DNA of 64,000 nucleotides from Lentimicrobiaceae bacterium (GTDB lineage: Bacteria > Bacteroidota > Bacteroidia > Bacteroidales > JALOCA01). The DNA lies in assembly GCA_023227965.1 (NCBI GenBank), contig JALOCA010000002.1:65457-129456 (forward strand), written 5' to 3'. Both the position numbers and the translations under genes were made by a program. The notes beneath the pieces are model-generated. The model was not told the DNA's origin. It searched no databases and saw only the letters and a program-made list of their open reading frames with translations. Positions 40,941 through 49,722 of this stretch are shown piece by piece (the first letter of the stretch is position 1; each line of letters starts with the position of its first letter).

Positions 40941-42438
40941 TGCAAAGATACGACGTAGTGATAGTAGGCAGCGGGCTTGGAGGCTTACTTTGCGCATATA
41001 TCCTTGGTAAAGAAGGAATGAATGTTTGTGTTTTAGAAAAAAATAAACAATTTGGAGGCTGCTTGCAAACATTTACCCGAGACGGTTGTGTGTTCGATAC
41101 TGGTGTACATTATATCGGAAGTCTCGAACCAGGGCAAATACTTCACCGGTATTTTTCATACTTCGGATTGATGGATAAACTCAATATCAGAAAACTTGAT
41201 GAAGATGGTTTCGACCATGTGTGTTTTGGCAACGATGGTAGCGAATATCCTTTAGCCATGGGCTATCATCATTTTATTGAAACCCTCCACCGGTATTTCC
41301 CTGACGAAAAGAAAGCATTAAGAACTTATGTAAGCAGACTAAAACATCTTGCCCGTTCATTTCCCCTGAATAACCTGAGAGAAGGGAAAAGCCTACTTTC
41401 GGAAGCTGATTTTTTTAAAGATAACACTCGTAATTTTTTACAATCTATTACACAAAATACCCGATTGCAGAATATTCTTGCTGGCACGGGCTTCCTTTAC
41501 GGTGGTGTAGGCGAAAAATCACCATTGTATGTGCATGCACTGATAAACAATTCTTTTATCGAAAGTTCGTGGAGAACCGTGGATGGAAGTTCGCAAATGG
41601 CGCGACTGCTTATCGGAGGAATTACCAGCATGGGAGGAACCGTGCGAAATTCTGCCGAAGTAGTAAAATTAGTTAGCAATAACGAAGGCATAACCCAAGC
41701 AGTATTATCAGATGGAGAACAAATAGCCGCTTCGAATTTTATCTCGAACATTCATCCTTCGGTAACCCTTAAAATGCTGAATACTAAATTTATCAGGAAG
41801 GCATATAGTGAACGCATTGATTCACTCGAAAATACTGCTTCGGCTTTTATTATTTATGTCTGCCTAAAAAAGGACACGTTCCCCAAACTTGGTTACAACG
41901 TATATTATTACAACCACGAAAACGTGTGGGATGCCGTTGCCTACAACCCCACGTTATGGCCCGAAAGTTATGTACTGCTACTCCCGAAAATTCAATAGAC
42001 GATAAATATGCATCTTCAGCCATAATAATGTCTTATATGCAATATTCTGAAGTAAAACAATGGGAAAGCACCACGGTAGGCAACAGGGGCGAAAGTTACC
42101 TTGAGTTCAAAAAAAATAAAGCAGAATTACTGCTCGACCTTGTTGAAAAAAAATTTCCTGGTTTCAAAAGATGCATCAGCAGTTATACAACATCTTCACC
42201 TCTGACTATCCGCGATTACACCGGTTCGAAGGAAGGCTCTATGTTTGGAATTTTACGAAACTGCAACGACCCATTTCGAAACATGATATTTGCCAAAACA
42301 AAAGTTCCTAACCTATATTTCACTGGGCAGAATATTGTTTTGCACGGTATTCTGGGGGTTACAATAGGTGCTGTAGCTACCTGTGGCGAAATGGTAGGGA
42401 TTAACCATCTGATAAGCAAAATAAATAATGAGGGATGA
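40940..42438 (+). pseudogene. NAD(P)/FAD-dependent oxidoreductase (phytoene-desaturase/CrtI-like), split into two overlapping frames
   Basis: ORF 40940..41998 starts with the dinucleotide fold YDVVIVGSGLGGLLCAYILGKEGMNVCVLEKNKQFGG. ORF 41926..42438 lies in the -1 frame relative to it. That second ORF carries the expected C-terminal part (TSSPLTIRDYTGSKEGSMFGI...YFTGQN...HGILGV). Together they make about 500 aa. This is either a true frameshift or a sequence error near 41960-41985. Confidence 0.7.
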
Positions 42439-44129
42439 TGAAACGCAAATTGAAAAAAATATTTTTCTATACACTGATAGTTTTTACTTCAATGATATTA
42501 ATAATTTTTATTTGTGAAAAATGGGTTTGGCGGCTCTCTCCTCCCGAAGTGAAGGATTTTTCTGCCCTGCAAAGGGAAAGAACAACTGTTTCCCCTGATT
42601 TTTATGTACTTGGAAATAGTTGGCTCAGAAAGAATTCCGTAGGATTATGGGAAATGTATGTCGAAGGCGATCCCTTTACTATGGGTGTAATAAACGGGAA
42701 ACTAACGAAGGAACTTATCAATTATCAGGAAAATGTTTTTGTTAACCAGATACAAACTCTTATTCCTTCAAAATTTTATCAGAAATTTCTCAATGTATTT
42801 GTCAGTTTTTTTAACCGTAAACTCGATTCCCATATCCCCAAAGAATATCTGACTGAAATTTACGGGATTTCCTTCTCGGCTTCACATGCGTACGACCGTT
42901 ATGGAAGTCCCTACCATCGCATATTAAATTACCATGCCGCACACGACATGGGACATGCCCTGCAGAATCTACACATGGTTGGCTGCACTTCCTTTTCGGT
43001 ATGGAACGATAAATCGGAAAACGGCAACCTGTTAATTGGAAGAAATTTCGATTTCTACTTCGGCGACGATTTTTCCAAAAATAAAATCATAGGTTTCTAC
43101 AACCCTTCAAAGGGTTACAAATTTATGACGGTAGCATGGGGCGGTATGGCAGGAGCCGTATCAGGAATGAACGATCAGGGACTTACCGTTACCATGAATG
43201 CTGCCAATTCGGATGTCCCCTTAGGAGCAAAAACGCCTATAACATTGGTTACCCGTGAAATATTACAATATGCTGCCAATATCGAACAAGCTTATGCCAT
43301 CGCCTGTAAACGGGAAACCTTTGTTTCGGAATCGTTGATGATAGGCTCGGCTGCCGATAACAAAACGGTCATTATTGAGAAAGATCCGAAGCAAACAGGT
43401 TTGTTCGAAACAAACACCAATTATATTGTTTGCACTAACCATTTCCAGGACAAAATTACCGGTAGCAGTCCAAAAAATCGCAAATTTATGCGGCAAAGTT
43501 CTACAGTATACCGTTACAGACGTGTGGAAGAACTATTGCAACGAAAAAGCCGCCTTTCTGTTACCGATTTTGCAACCCTGCTTCGTAACAGGAACGGCAT
43601 GCACGACAAACCAATAGGAATGGGAAACGAAAAAGCAATTAATCAACTGATTGCTCACCATTCAATCATTTTTGAACCGGCAAAACTTAGGGTTTGGGTT
43701 TCCTCCAATCCCTGGCAGTTAGGAAAATACATCTGCTACGACCTGAGTAAAATTTTCACTGAACGCAGGGGAATGAAACAAAACAGGGAAGTTTGTGAAA
43801 AATCTTTTAATATCCCTGAAGACCCATTTTTGCAATCGGAAGACTATAAAAATTTTGTATTTTACAAGAAAACATTGACTGATATTACAAATTATATATA
43901 TTTTGGTACCGGAAAAGAGCCGATAACTTTGGACTTGCAAAAGTTTGAAAAATCGAATCCGTACTATTTTCAAACGTATGCAACCCTTGCCGATTATTAT
44001 TTCAAAAAGAAGATGTATACCTCTGCCTACAGGTACTGTACCCTTGCATTGGTTTGTGAAATTCCTGCCATTAGCGAACGAACGAAAATCAAAAATACTG
44101 CCCTTGCTTGTTTAAAGAAATTCAGGTAA
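42435..44129 (+). CDS. membrane-anchored C45 family (acyl-CoA:6-APA acyltransferase-like, Ntn) acyltransferase/hydrolase
   Basis: 564 aa with an N-terminal TM (FFYTLIVFTSMILIIFIC). The candidate autoprocessing and nucleophile site is HMVGCTSFSVW (Gly-Cys), followed by LIGRNFDF and GMNDQGLTVTMNA. The C-terminal region looks helical. Its ATG overlaps the previous stop (ATGA). Confidence 0.75.
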   Translation: MMKRKLKKIFFYTLIVFTSMILIIFICEKWVWRLSPPEVKDFSALQRERTTVSPDFYVLGNSWLRKNSVGLWEMYVEGDPFTMGVINGKLTKELINYQENVFVNQIQTLIPSKFYQKFLNVFVSFFNRKLDSHIPKEYLTEIYGISFSASHAYDRYGSPYHRILNYHAAHDMGHALQNLHMVGCTSFSVWNDKSENGNLLIGRNFDFYFGDDFSKNKIIGFYNPSKGYKFMTVAWGGMAGAVSGMNDQGLTVTMNAANSDVPLGAKTPITLVTREILQYAANIEQAYAIACKRETFVSESLMIGSAADNKTVIIEKDPKQTGLFETNTNYIVCTNHFQDKITGSSPKNRKFMRQSSTVYRYRRVEELLQRKSRLSVTDFATLLRNRNGMHDKPIGMGNEKAINQLIAHHSIIFEPAKLRVWVSSNPWQLGKYICYDLSKIFTERRGMKQNREVCEKSFNIPEDPFLQSEDYKNFVFYKKTLTDITNYIYFGTGKEPITLDLQKFEKSNPYYFQTYATLADYYFKKKMYTSAYRYCTLALVCEIPAISERTKIKNTALACLKKFR

Positions 44130-44164
44130 TACGCATCAGAAAACCGGAAAAGAAAATTAAGACT

Positions 44165-45436
44165 ATGAAAATAAAACTGATTTATCCCAAGTGGACAAAA
44201 CTGGAAGGACAAACCCATTTTAACCTGCCTCCGCACGGTCCCGTGGTTTTTGCTGCTACGCTTCCTGATTATGTAGAGATAGAATTTACCGATGAAAATG
44301 TTGAGCCCCTTACAATCACCGACGACTGCGACCTGGTGGCAATCTCCATGATGCTTACCACCCAGATAAAACGGGGTTGGGAAATTGCCGAAACCTATCA
44401 TAGCTTAGGCAAAAAAGTGATTTTCGGAGGTATTTCTACCATGCTGCACGCAGAAGAAACCCTGCAACATGCCGATTCTGTTTTTCTTGGCGAAAGCGAA
44501 GGTAGAATGGAACAGGTACTCGACGATTTCAGAAAAAATCGCCTGCAAAAAGTGTATAACTTCATGAACAACCGCCCTGACATAGCCCTTGTAGGACCTG
44601 CCCGCCGCGACATTCTTAAAAGCGAACTTTATTACCATAAAGGAGTGCAAATGGTAGATTTGTTCCACGCTTCGCGGGGATGTCGTTTCAGTTGCTACCC
44701 GTGTGCCGTTACCTATCTCGGCGGAAGAGAATTTCGCCCGAGACCTCTGGACAAAGTGATAGAGGAGCTTGAAACCATACAAAACAACCGGCTTTTTATA
44801 GTAGATAACTCACTGGCACAGGATACTCAATGGGAAAAAGACCTTTTCAGAGAGATGATCCCCCTGAAAAAGAAATGGTGCAGCCATACTATAGAAGATA
44901 AACCCGAAGTGCTTAATCTTGCTGCACAGGCAGGCGCCTGGTATGTGTACCAGGCAGTGTTCGACACCTCCGACTATATCAAAGACCGTATTAAAATGTA
45001 CCACGACTATGGCATAGGCGTAGAGGGTACTATTTTATTAGGACTCGACAACCAGACGGAAGACGACATTCTACGCCTTATTGACTTCCTGCTCGAAATT
45101 GACCTCGATCTTGCCGAATTTACCGTGATGACTCCTTTTCCCCATACCAAAGCCTGGGATGATATGATTCGTGAAAAACGGATTTTTAATTTCGACTGGA
45201 ACGACTATAATGCCGGCAAAGTGGTATTTCAGCCCAAACACATGAGCCCTGAACGGCTGCAGGAACTTTTTTACCTTGCCTGGGATACCTTTTACAAAGA
45301 TGAATCACAAGCCCAGAAAATGTTCAAACTCTTCCGGAAAGTGATAGAAAAAGAAATCGAAGACGGAACCTATCGCTCACGCCGCCAGGATTTGGCAGAT
45401 ATCAGTTTCGGGAAAAAAGTTACCAGGGGAAGTTAA
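44165..45436 (+). CDS. B12-binding-domain radical SAM protein
   Basis: I take the start at MKIKLIYPKW (ATG 44165). The N-terminal Rossmann-like domain (DLVAISMMLTTQ...KVIFGGIS) is typical of class B radical SAM enzymes. The cluster motif is ASRGCRFSCYPC (CxxxCxxC). Confidence 0.85.
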   Translation: MKIKLIYPKWTKLEGQTHFNLPPHGPVVFAATLPDYVEIEFTDENVEPLTITDDCDLVAISMMLTTQIKRGWEIAETYHSLGKKVIFGGISTMLHAEETLQHADSVFLGESEGRMEQVLDDFRKNRLQKVYNFMNNRPDIALVGPARRDILKSELYYHKGVQMVDLFHASRGCRFSCYPCAVTYLGGREFRPRPLDKVIEELETIQNNRLFIVDNSLAQDTQWEKDLFREMIPLKKKWCSHTIEDKPEVLNLAAQAGAWYVYQAVFDTSDYIKDRIKMYHDYGIGVEGTILLGLDNQTEDDILRLIDFLLEIDLDLAEFTVMTPFPHTKAWDDMIREKRIFNFDWNDYNAGKVVFQPKHMSPERLQELFYLAWDTFYKDESQAQKMFKLFRKVIEKEIEDGTYRSRRQDLADISFGKKVTRGS

Positions 45437-45470
45437 TCATTAACGTTTAATCAGCATTTTATCATTTTGC

Positions 45471-45848
45471 ATGAAAGAAAAAAATAATTTAACCGATAGT
45501 ATTTATCGTTTCAAAGGCGAATGGGACATGGACTCGCAATGCGGTTTAAAAATTCACAGGGCAAAAAACGGCATGACCATAGTTATAGCCACCGACTTGT
45601 ACAACGAAAATCCGGGTACTTCCGTTACCCGTTGGAATGCCCCCTTAGCTACAGCCATTGCCGCCGAATACCAGATCCCCCACAATAAACTGTATTTTAT
45701 TGAGCATACTCCCGACCGTGGCTCGAAGCTTACTTTTTACACTGAAACTTTTTACCATGTTTCTTTCCTTTCCGACGGCGAAAAACTTGTAGATCCCAAC
45801 TGGGAAAAGCTTACCCGTGAAGAAGTGGAAACAATGTTGTCTTCCTGA
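45471..45848 (+). CDS. hypothetical protein (125 aa, no motif recognised)
   Basis: Clean ORF in operon context, 34 nt after the radical SAM gene and 8 nt before the O-methyltransferase. It looks soluble and has a single Cys. Confidence 0.55.
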   Translation: MKEKNNLTDSIYRFKGEWDMDSQCGLKIHRAKNGMTIVIATDLYNENPGTSVTRWNAPLATAIAAEYQIPHNKLYFIEHTPDRGSKLTFYTETFYHVSFLSDGEKLVDPNWEKLTREEVETMLSS

Positions 45849-45856
45849 AAAAACAC

Positions 45857-46966
45857 ATGAAAACTTTTACCCAGTTTCTGCCCCCTGCATGGACAATGCA
45901 GGTATTACAATGGTTTCGCAATGGTTTATACAAGTTGCGGATGCACATGGTTCCCGGAGGAATTGCCCTATTTGAAATCGTTCACGATTTTTGGTATGCC
46001 AGGGCGTTGGGCGTTGCCGCCGAATTGGACATTGCAGGCTTACTGAAAGAAAAACCCCTGCACATTGACCAACTGGCTGCGCTTACGCAAACCCATTCGC
46101 CTTCGCTGTACCGCCTTATGCGCACGCTGGCAAGCCGGGGCGTTTTCCGCGAAACTGAGAAAAATGTTTTTCACCTTACCTTTCTTGCCAGGGCATTGCT
46201 CGACAAGGAAGATGGCATGAAGTACCTGATACAAAGCCATACCAGTGTTACACAATTGCAAAATTTCGGCGAACTGCTCCATTGCGTACGTACAGGCGAA
46301 AATGCTTATGTAAAAAGATTCAATACCCATGCTTTCGATTTCATGACTGCCAATCCTGCCGAGGCGGCGGTTTTTAATAAAGGCATGAGCAATGCTTCGC
46401 GGTTGTTTGCCAAAGCCCTACTTTCGGCTTACAGTTTCAGAAATTTTAAAAAGATAGTGGACATCGGAGGCGGAAACGGAGTATTGCTTTCTTCCATACT
46501 TTCACGATACCCCTCGGCAACAGGCATACTTTTTGACCTGCCACACGTTATCGAAAACGTTGACACTTCGCTACACGATGGGGATACAATATCTTTGCGT
46601 TTGCAATTGTCGGTGGGAGATTTTTTTGAAAATGTACCCTCCGGTGCCGATTTGTACATTTTGAAAAATGTGCTTCACGACTGGGACGACAGCCATTGCA
46701 TTTTACTATTGAGTAAAATCTGTTCGGTTATCGAAAATGGGAGTCGCCTGCTGGTTATCGAAAGCATTATTCCGGAAGGAAATACTCCTTCGTTTGGGAA
46801 AATGATGGATTTGCTGATGCTTACAGGTACGCAGGGCGGCAGGGAACGTACGCTTGCCGAATACAAAAAGTTATTTGCCGAAGCTCAACTGCACTGCCGA
46901 CGTGTGGTGCATACCGTAGCTCCTTTTTCGGTAATGGAAGCAATAAAAAAGGAAATGCCAGGGTAA
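45857..46966 (+). CDS. family 2 (small-molecule) O-methyltransferase with N-terminal dimerisation/winged-helix domain
   Basis: 369 aa. The N-terminal region (ARALGVAAELDIAGLL...LMRTLASRGVF) is followed by SAM motif I (IVDIGGGNGVLL) and by ILKNVLHDWDD. Confidence 0.85.
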   Translation: MKTFTQFLPPAWTMQVLQWFRNGLYKLRMHMVPGGIALFEIVHDFWYARALGVAAELDIAGLLKEKPLHIDQLAALTQTHSPSLYRLMRTLASRGVFRETEKNVFHLTFLARALLDKEDGMKYLIQSHTSVTQLQNFGELLHCVRTGENAYVKRFNTHAFDFMTANPAEAAVFNKGMSNASRLFAKALLSAYSFRNFKKIVDIGGGNGVLLSSILSRYPSATGILFDLPHVIENVDTSLHDGDTISLRLQLSVGDFFENVPSGADLYILKNVLHDWDDSHCILLLSKICSVIENGSRLLVIESIIPEGNTPSFGKMMDLLMLTGTQGGRERTLAEYKKLFAEAQLHCRRVVHTVAPFSVMEAIKKEMPG

Positions 46967-47150
46967 GTATTATTGTATTGGTTTCCGTTAATAAACGCTC
47001 TTTAATCATAATGATACCAAAGGCATCTGTGGTTTCAGATACCTGTATGGCGGTGCCAAGGTCGTTGCAAGGCAAAAGTTTATACAAAGTATTGTCATAG
47101 TGTTGTTTATAACGATAAATTTGTTATATTTGCAGTACTTTGAGGGATGG

Positions 47151-47855
47151 CTATGCTAATTCCAGTGCTATTTTCATCATCCCGGTGAAAGCCGTTTGAC
47201 GTTCCTGGGCGCTGGTGCGTTCACCGGTAAAAAGATTATCACTTACGGTGAGCAAGGCAAGTGCCTGTACACCAAAGCGTGCAGCGAGGGTATACAAGGC
47301 GGCGGCTTCCATTTCCACTGCCAGAACACCATGTTTTCTCCATAAAAAATATGGGTCGTTAATGTGTTCATCAAAATAAAAGAAATCCGATGAAAGGATA
47401 TTACCCACATGATAAGGCAAATCCAATTCTTCGGAAAGGGCTTTGGCTTTCTGTAACAAATTAAAATCAGCAATAGCTGCAAAATCCATACCACCAAACC
47501 GCAATTTGTTAACATTGGAATCGGTGCAGGCTCCCATTGCTATTACGAGTTCCTTTACCTTAATATGTTCCTGCAAACTACCACAGGTACCTATCCTGAT
47601 TAGTTTTTTTACCTGGTAATCGTTAATGAGTTCGTTTACATAAATAGAAATGGAAGGAATACCCATACCGGTTCCCTGTACCGATATAGTTTTGTTGTTG
47701 TACTCGCCCGTATAACCGAGCATTCCCCTTACATTATTGTAACAACGTGGATTTTCTAAAAAATTTTCGGCTATAAATTTTGCACGTAGCGGATCGCCGG
47801 GAAGGAGAACGGTTTTGGCTATTTCGCCGACAGGGGCTTCGATATGTATGCTCAT
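47151..47855 (-). CDS. deoD: purine-nucleoside phosphorylase (hexameric DeoD type)
   Basis: 234 aa with [42 protein letters not shown] and VEMEAAALY. Confidence 0.92.
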   Translation of the reverse strand: MSIHIEAPVGEIAKTVLLPGDPLRAKFIAENFLENPRCYNNVRGMLGYTGEYNNKTISVQGTGMGIPSISIYVNELINDYQVKKLIRIGTCGSLQEHIKVKELVIAMGACTDSNVNKLRFGGMDFAAIADFNLLQKAKALSEELDLPYHVGNILSSDFFYFDEHINDPYFLWRKHGVLAVEMEAAALYTLAARFGVQALALLTVSDNLFTGERTSAQERQTAFTGMMKIALELA

Positions 47856-47857
47856 GA

Positions 47858-49168
47858 TTATTGTTTTATTATATGCATTTTACGTTCAAGTATCTGCTTC
47901 CGCCCGGGACCCGTGGAAATCATTTCAAAATGAATACCCGTTTCTTTTTCAAGAAATGCGATGTAATCTTTTGCAGCCCCAGGTAATTGGTTAAAAGTTT
48001 CTGCTTTTTGCAGGTTTTCCATCCAGCCCTGCATTTCGGTATAAACGGGATGCAGAAGTTGACCAAGTATATCAGAAGGTAGATAATGTATTTTTTCAGT
48101 TTTCGATTCGTAATGGGTACAAATATTTATCTTATCGAAGGTATCAAGGACATCGGCTTTGGTAAGGATAAGATCAGTAACACCGTTAAGCATTATTGCA
48201 TAGCGCAGTGCAGGCAGGTCAAGCCATCCGCACCTGCGTGGGCGACCAGTGGTAGAGCCGAATTCCTTACCGAGGTTCCGCAATTTTTCTCCGGTTTCAT
48301 CTTCCAGTTCGGTGGGGAAAGGTCCACTTCCAACACGGGTGCAGTAGGCTTTTACGATTCCGTAAACCCGGCTTATCTTGTGGGGAGCAACACCCAGCCC
48401 GGTACAAGCTCCGGCTGTAATTGTATTACTGGATGTTACAAAGGGATAAGAACCAAAGTCCACGTCGAGTAATGTTCCCTGAGCACCTTCGGCAAGCACT
48501 TTTTTCCCTTTGGCTATTTCGGCATTGATAAAAATTTCGCCTTCCACAAAATGGAAGAACTTCAACTTTTCGAGCGAGGCTAACCATTTTTCTTCATACT
48601 CAGCAAACGACATTCCATTAAGTTGAAAATCTGTATATGAAAAATGATAGAGTTGGGAAACCAACGATAAATGGTAATTTTTCAGTTCGTTATATTTTTC
48701 CCGGAAGTCGGTTCTGAAAATTTCACAAATTCTCAATCCGGAACGTGCGGTCTTGTCGGTATAAGTCGGTCCAATTCCTTTCAAAGTAGAACCAATTTTT
48801 GCACTTCCCTTTAGTGATTCGCTGGCAACATCAAGCAGACGATGTGTGGGCAAAATCAAATGAGCACGATTGGATATCAGCAGATTTTTCTTGGGGTCGG
48901 CTTTTTTTTGTTGTAAATCTTCAATTTCCTTAACAAGGAGGAAAGGGTCAATAATCACTCCGTTGCCAATCAGGTTCACTATTTCCGGGTGAAATATTCC
49001 TGACGGAATTGTATGTAAAATTTGTTTCTCTCCCTCTATTTCAATGGTATGCCCTGCATTAGGTCCTCCCTGAAAACGAGCGACAATGTCATATCGGGGG
49101 CTGATGACATCCACAATTTTTCCTTTGCCTTCGTCTCCCCATTGTAATCCTAACAGTACATCTATCAT
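47858..49168 (-). CDS. purA: adenylosuccinate synthase
   Basis: 436 aa with [27 protein letters not shown] and [10 protein letters not shown]. Confidence 0.95.
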   Translation of the reverse strand: MIDVLLGLQWGDEGKGKIVDVISPRYDIVARFQGGPNAGHTIEIEGEKQILHTIPSGIFHPEIVNLIGNGVIIDPFLLVKEIEDLQQKKADPKKNLLISNRAHLILPTHRLLDVASESLKGSAKIGSTLKGIGPTYTDKTARSGLRICEIFRTDFREKYNELKNYHLSLVSQLYHFSYTDFQLNGMSFAEYEEKWLASLEKLKFFHFVEGEIFINAEIAKGKKVLAEGAQGTLLDVDFGSYPFVTSSNTITAGACTGLGVAPHKISRVYGIVKAYCTRVGSGPFPTELEDETGEKLRNLGKEFGSTTGRPRRCGWLDLPALRYAIMLNGVTDLILTKADVLDTFDKINICTHYESKTEKIHYLPSDILGQLLHPVYTEMQGWMENLQKAETFNQLPGAAKDYIAFLEKETGIHFEMISTGPGRKQILERKMHIIKQ

Positions 49169-49173
49169 TTTGG

Positions 49174-49647
49174 TTATTTCTTTTCGGTCAAAATCTCTTC
49201 TTTTTTTTCATTACATGTTCCGTAAAAAGTGAGAGAGTGATGTGTTATATTCATATTGAACATTTTACTTACCGACTCCTGGATTTCCTGAATACGGGGA
49301 TCGCAAAATTCGAGTAATTTACCAGTGTCGAGGCATAAAATATGATCATGTTGGCTGAATTTATAGGAACGTTCAAATTGGGAGCCACTATGCCCAAACT
49401 GGTGTTTGATAACTAATTTACAATTGAGTAGCAGTTCGATGGTATTGTATAGTGTTGCCCTGCTAACCATATATTTGCTGTTTTTCATCCGGATGTACAG
49501 GGTTTCTATGTCGAAATGTCCATCGGTTGAATAAATTTCTTTGAGTATGGTAAAACGTTCGGGGGTTTTGCGATGTCCATGTTGAGTAAGGTATTCTGTA
49601 AAAAGTTTTTTTACAGCTTCAAAAGTCATTTTATCGGTCGGTTTCAT
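49174..49647 (-). CDS. fur: Fur family transcriptional regulator
   Basis: 157 aa with a winged-helix N-terminal domain (RKTPERFTILKEIY...VSRATLYNTIELL). The metal-site region reads HDHILCLDTGKLLEF. It sits immediately upstream of purA-deoD. Confidence 0.8.
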   Translation of the reverse strand: MKPTDKMTFEAVKKLFTEYLTQHGHRKTPERFTILKEIYSTDGHFDIETLYIRMKNSKYMVSRATLYNTIELLLNCKLVIKHQFGHSGSQFERSYKFSQHDHILCLDTGKLLEFCDPRIQEIQESVSKMFNMNITHHSLTFYGTCNEKKEEILTEKK

Positions 49648-49722
49648 CCTTTGAAAATTTGGATAAAAGTAAAAATAATTTTGTTTATTTGGTATAAATA
49701 AAAATAATTTGTCCTTTTATAT

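Noticed and set aside
41926-41998. Programmed -1 ribosomal frameshifting in the FAD oxidoreductase.
   Set aside because: I could see no X_XXY_YYZ slippery heptamer and no obvious downstream hairpin in the overlap. A mutation or a sequencing error is more parsimonious. The observation is kept as a finding, but this mechanism is not claimed.
46821-47087. An 88-aa minus-strand ORF overlapping the 3' end of the O-methyltransferase gene.
   Set aside because: It overlaps a well-supported gene in antisense and has no motif. It runs through the convergent intergenic region.
47125-47132. A plus-strand TAnnTTTG match (tatatttg) in the gap between the O-methyltransferase gene and deoD.
   Set aside because: No plus-strand gene follows it, since it points into the 3' end of the convergent deoD. 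It is most likely a chance occurrence and shows the limited specificity of the motif.
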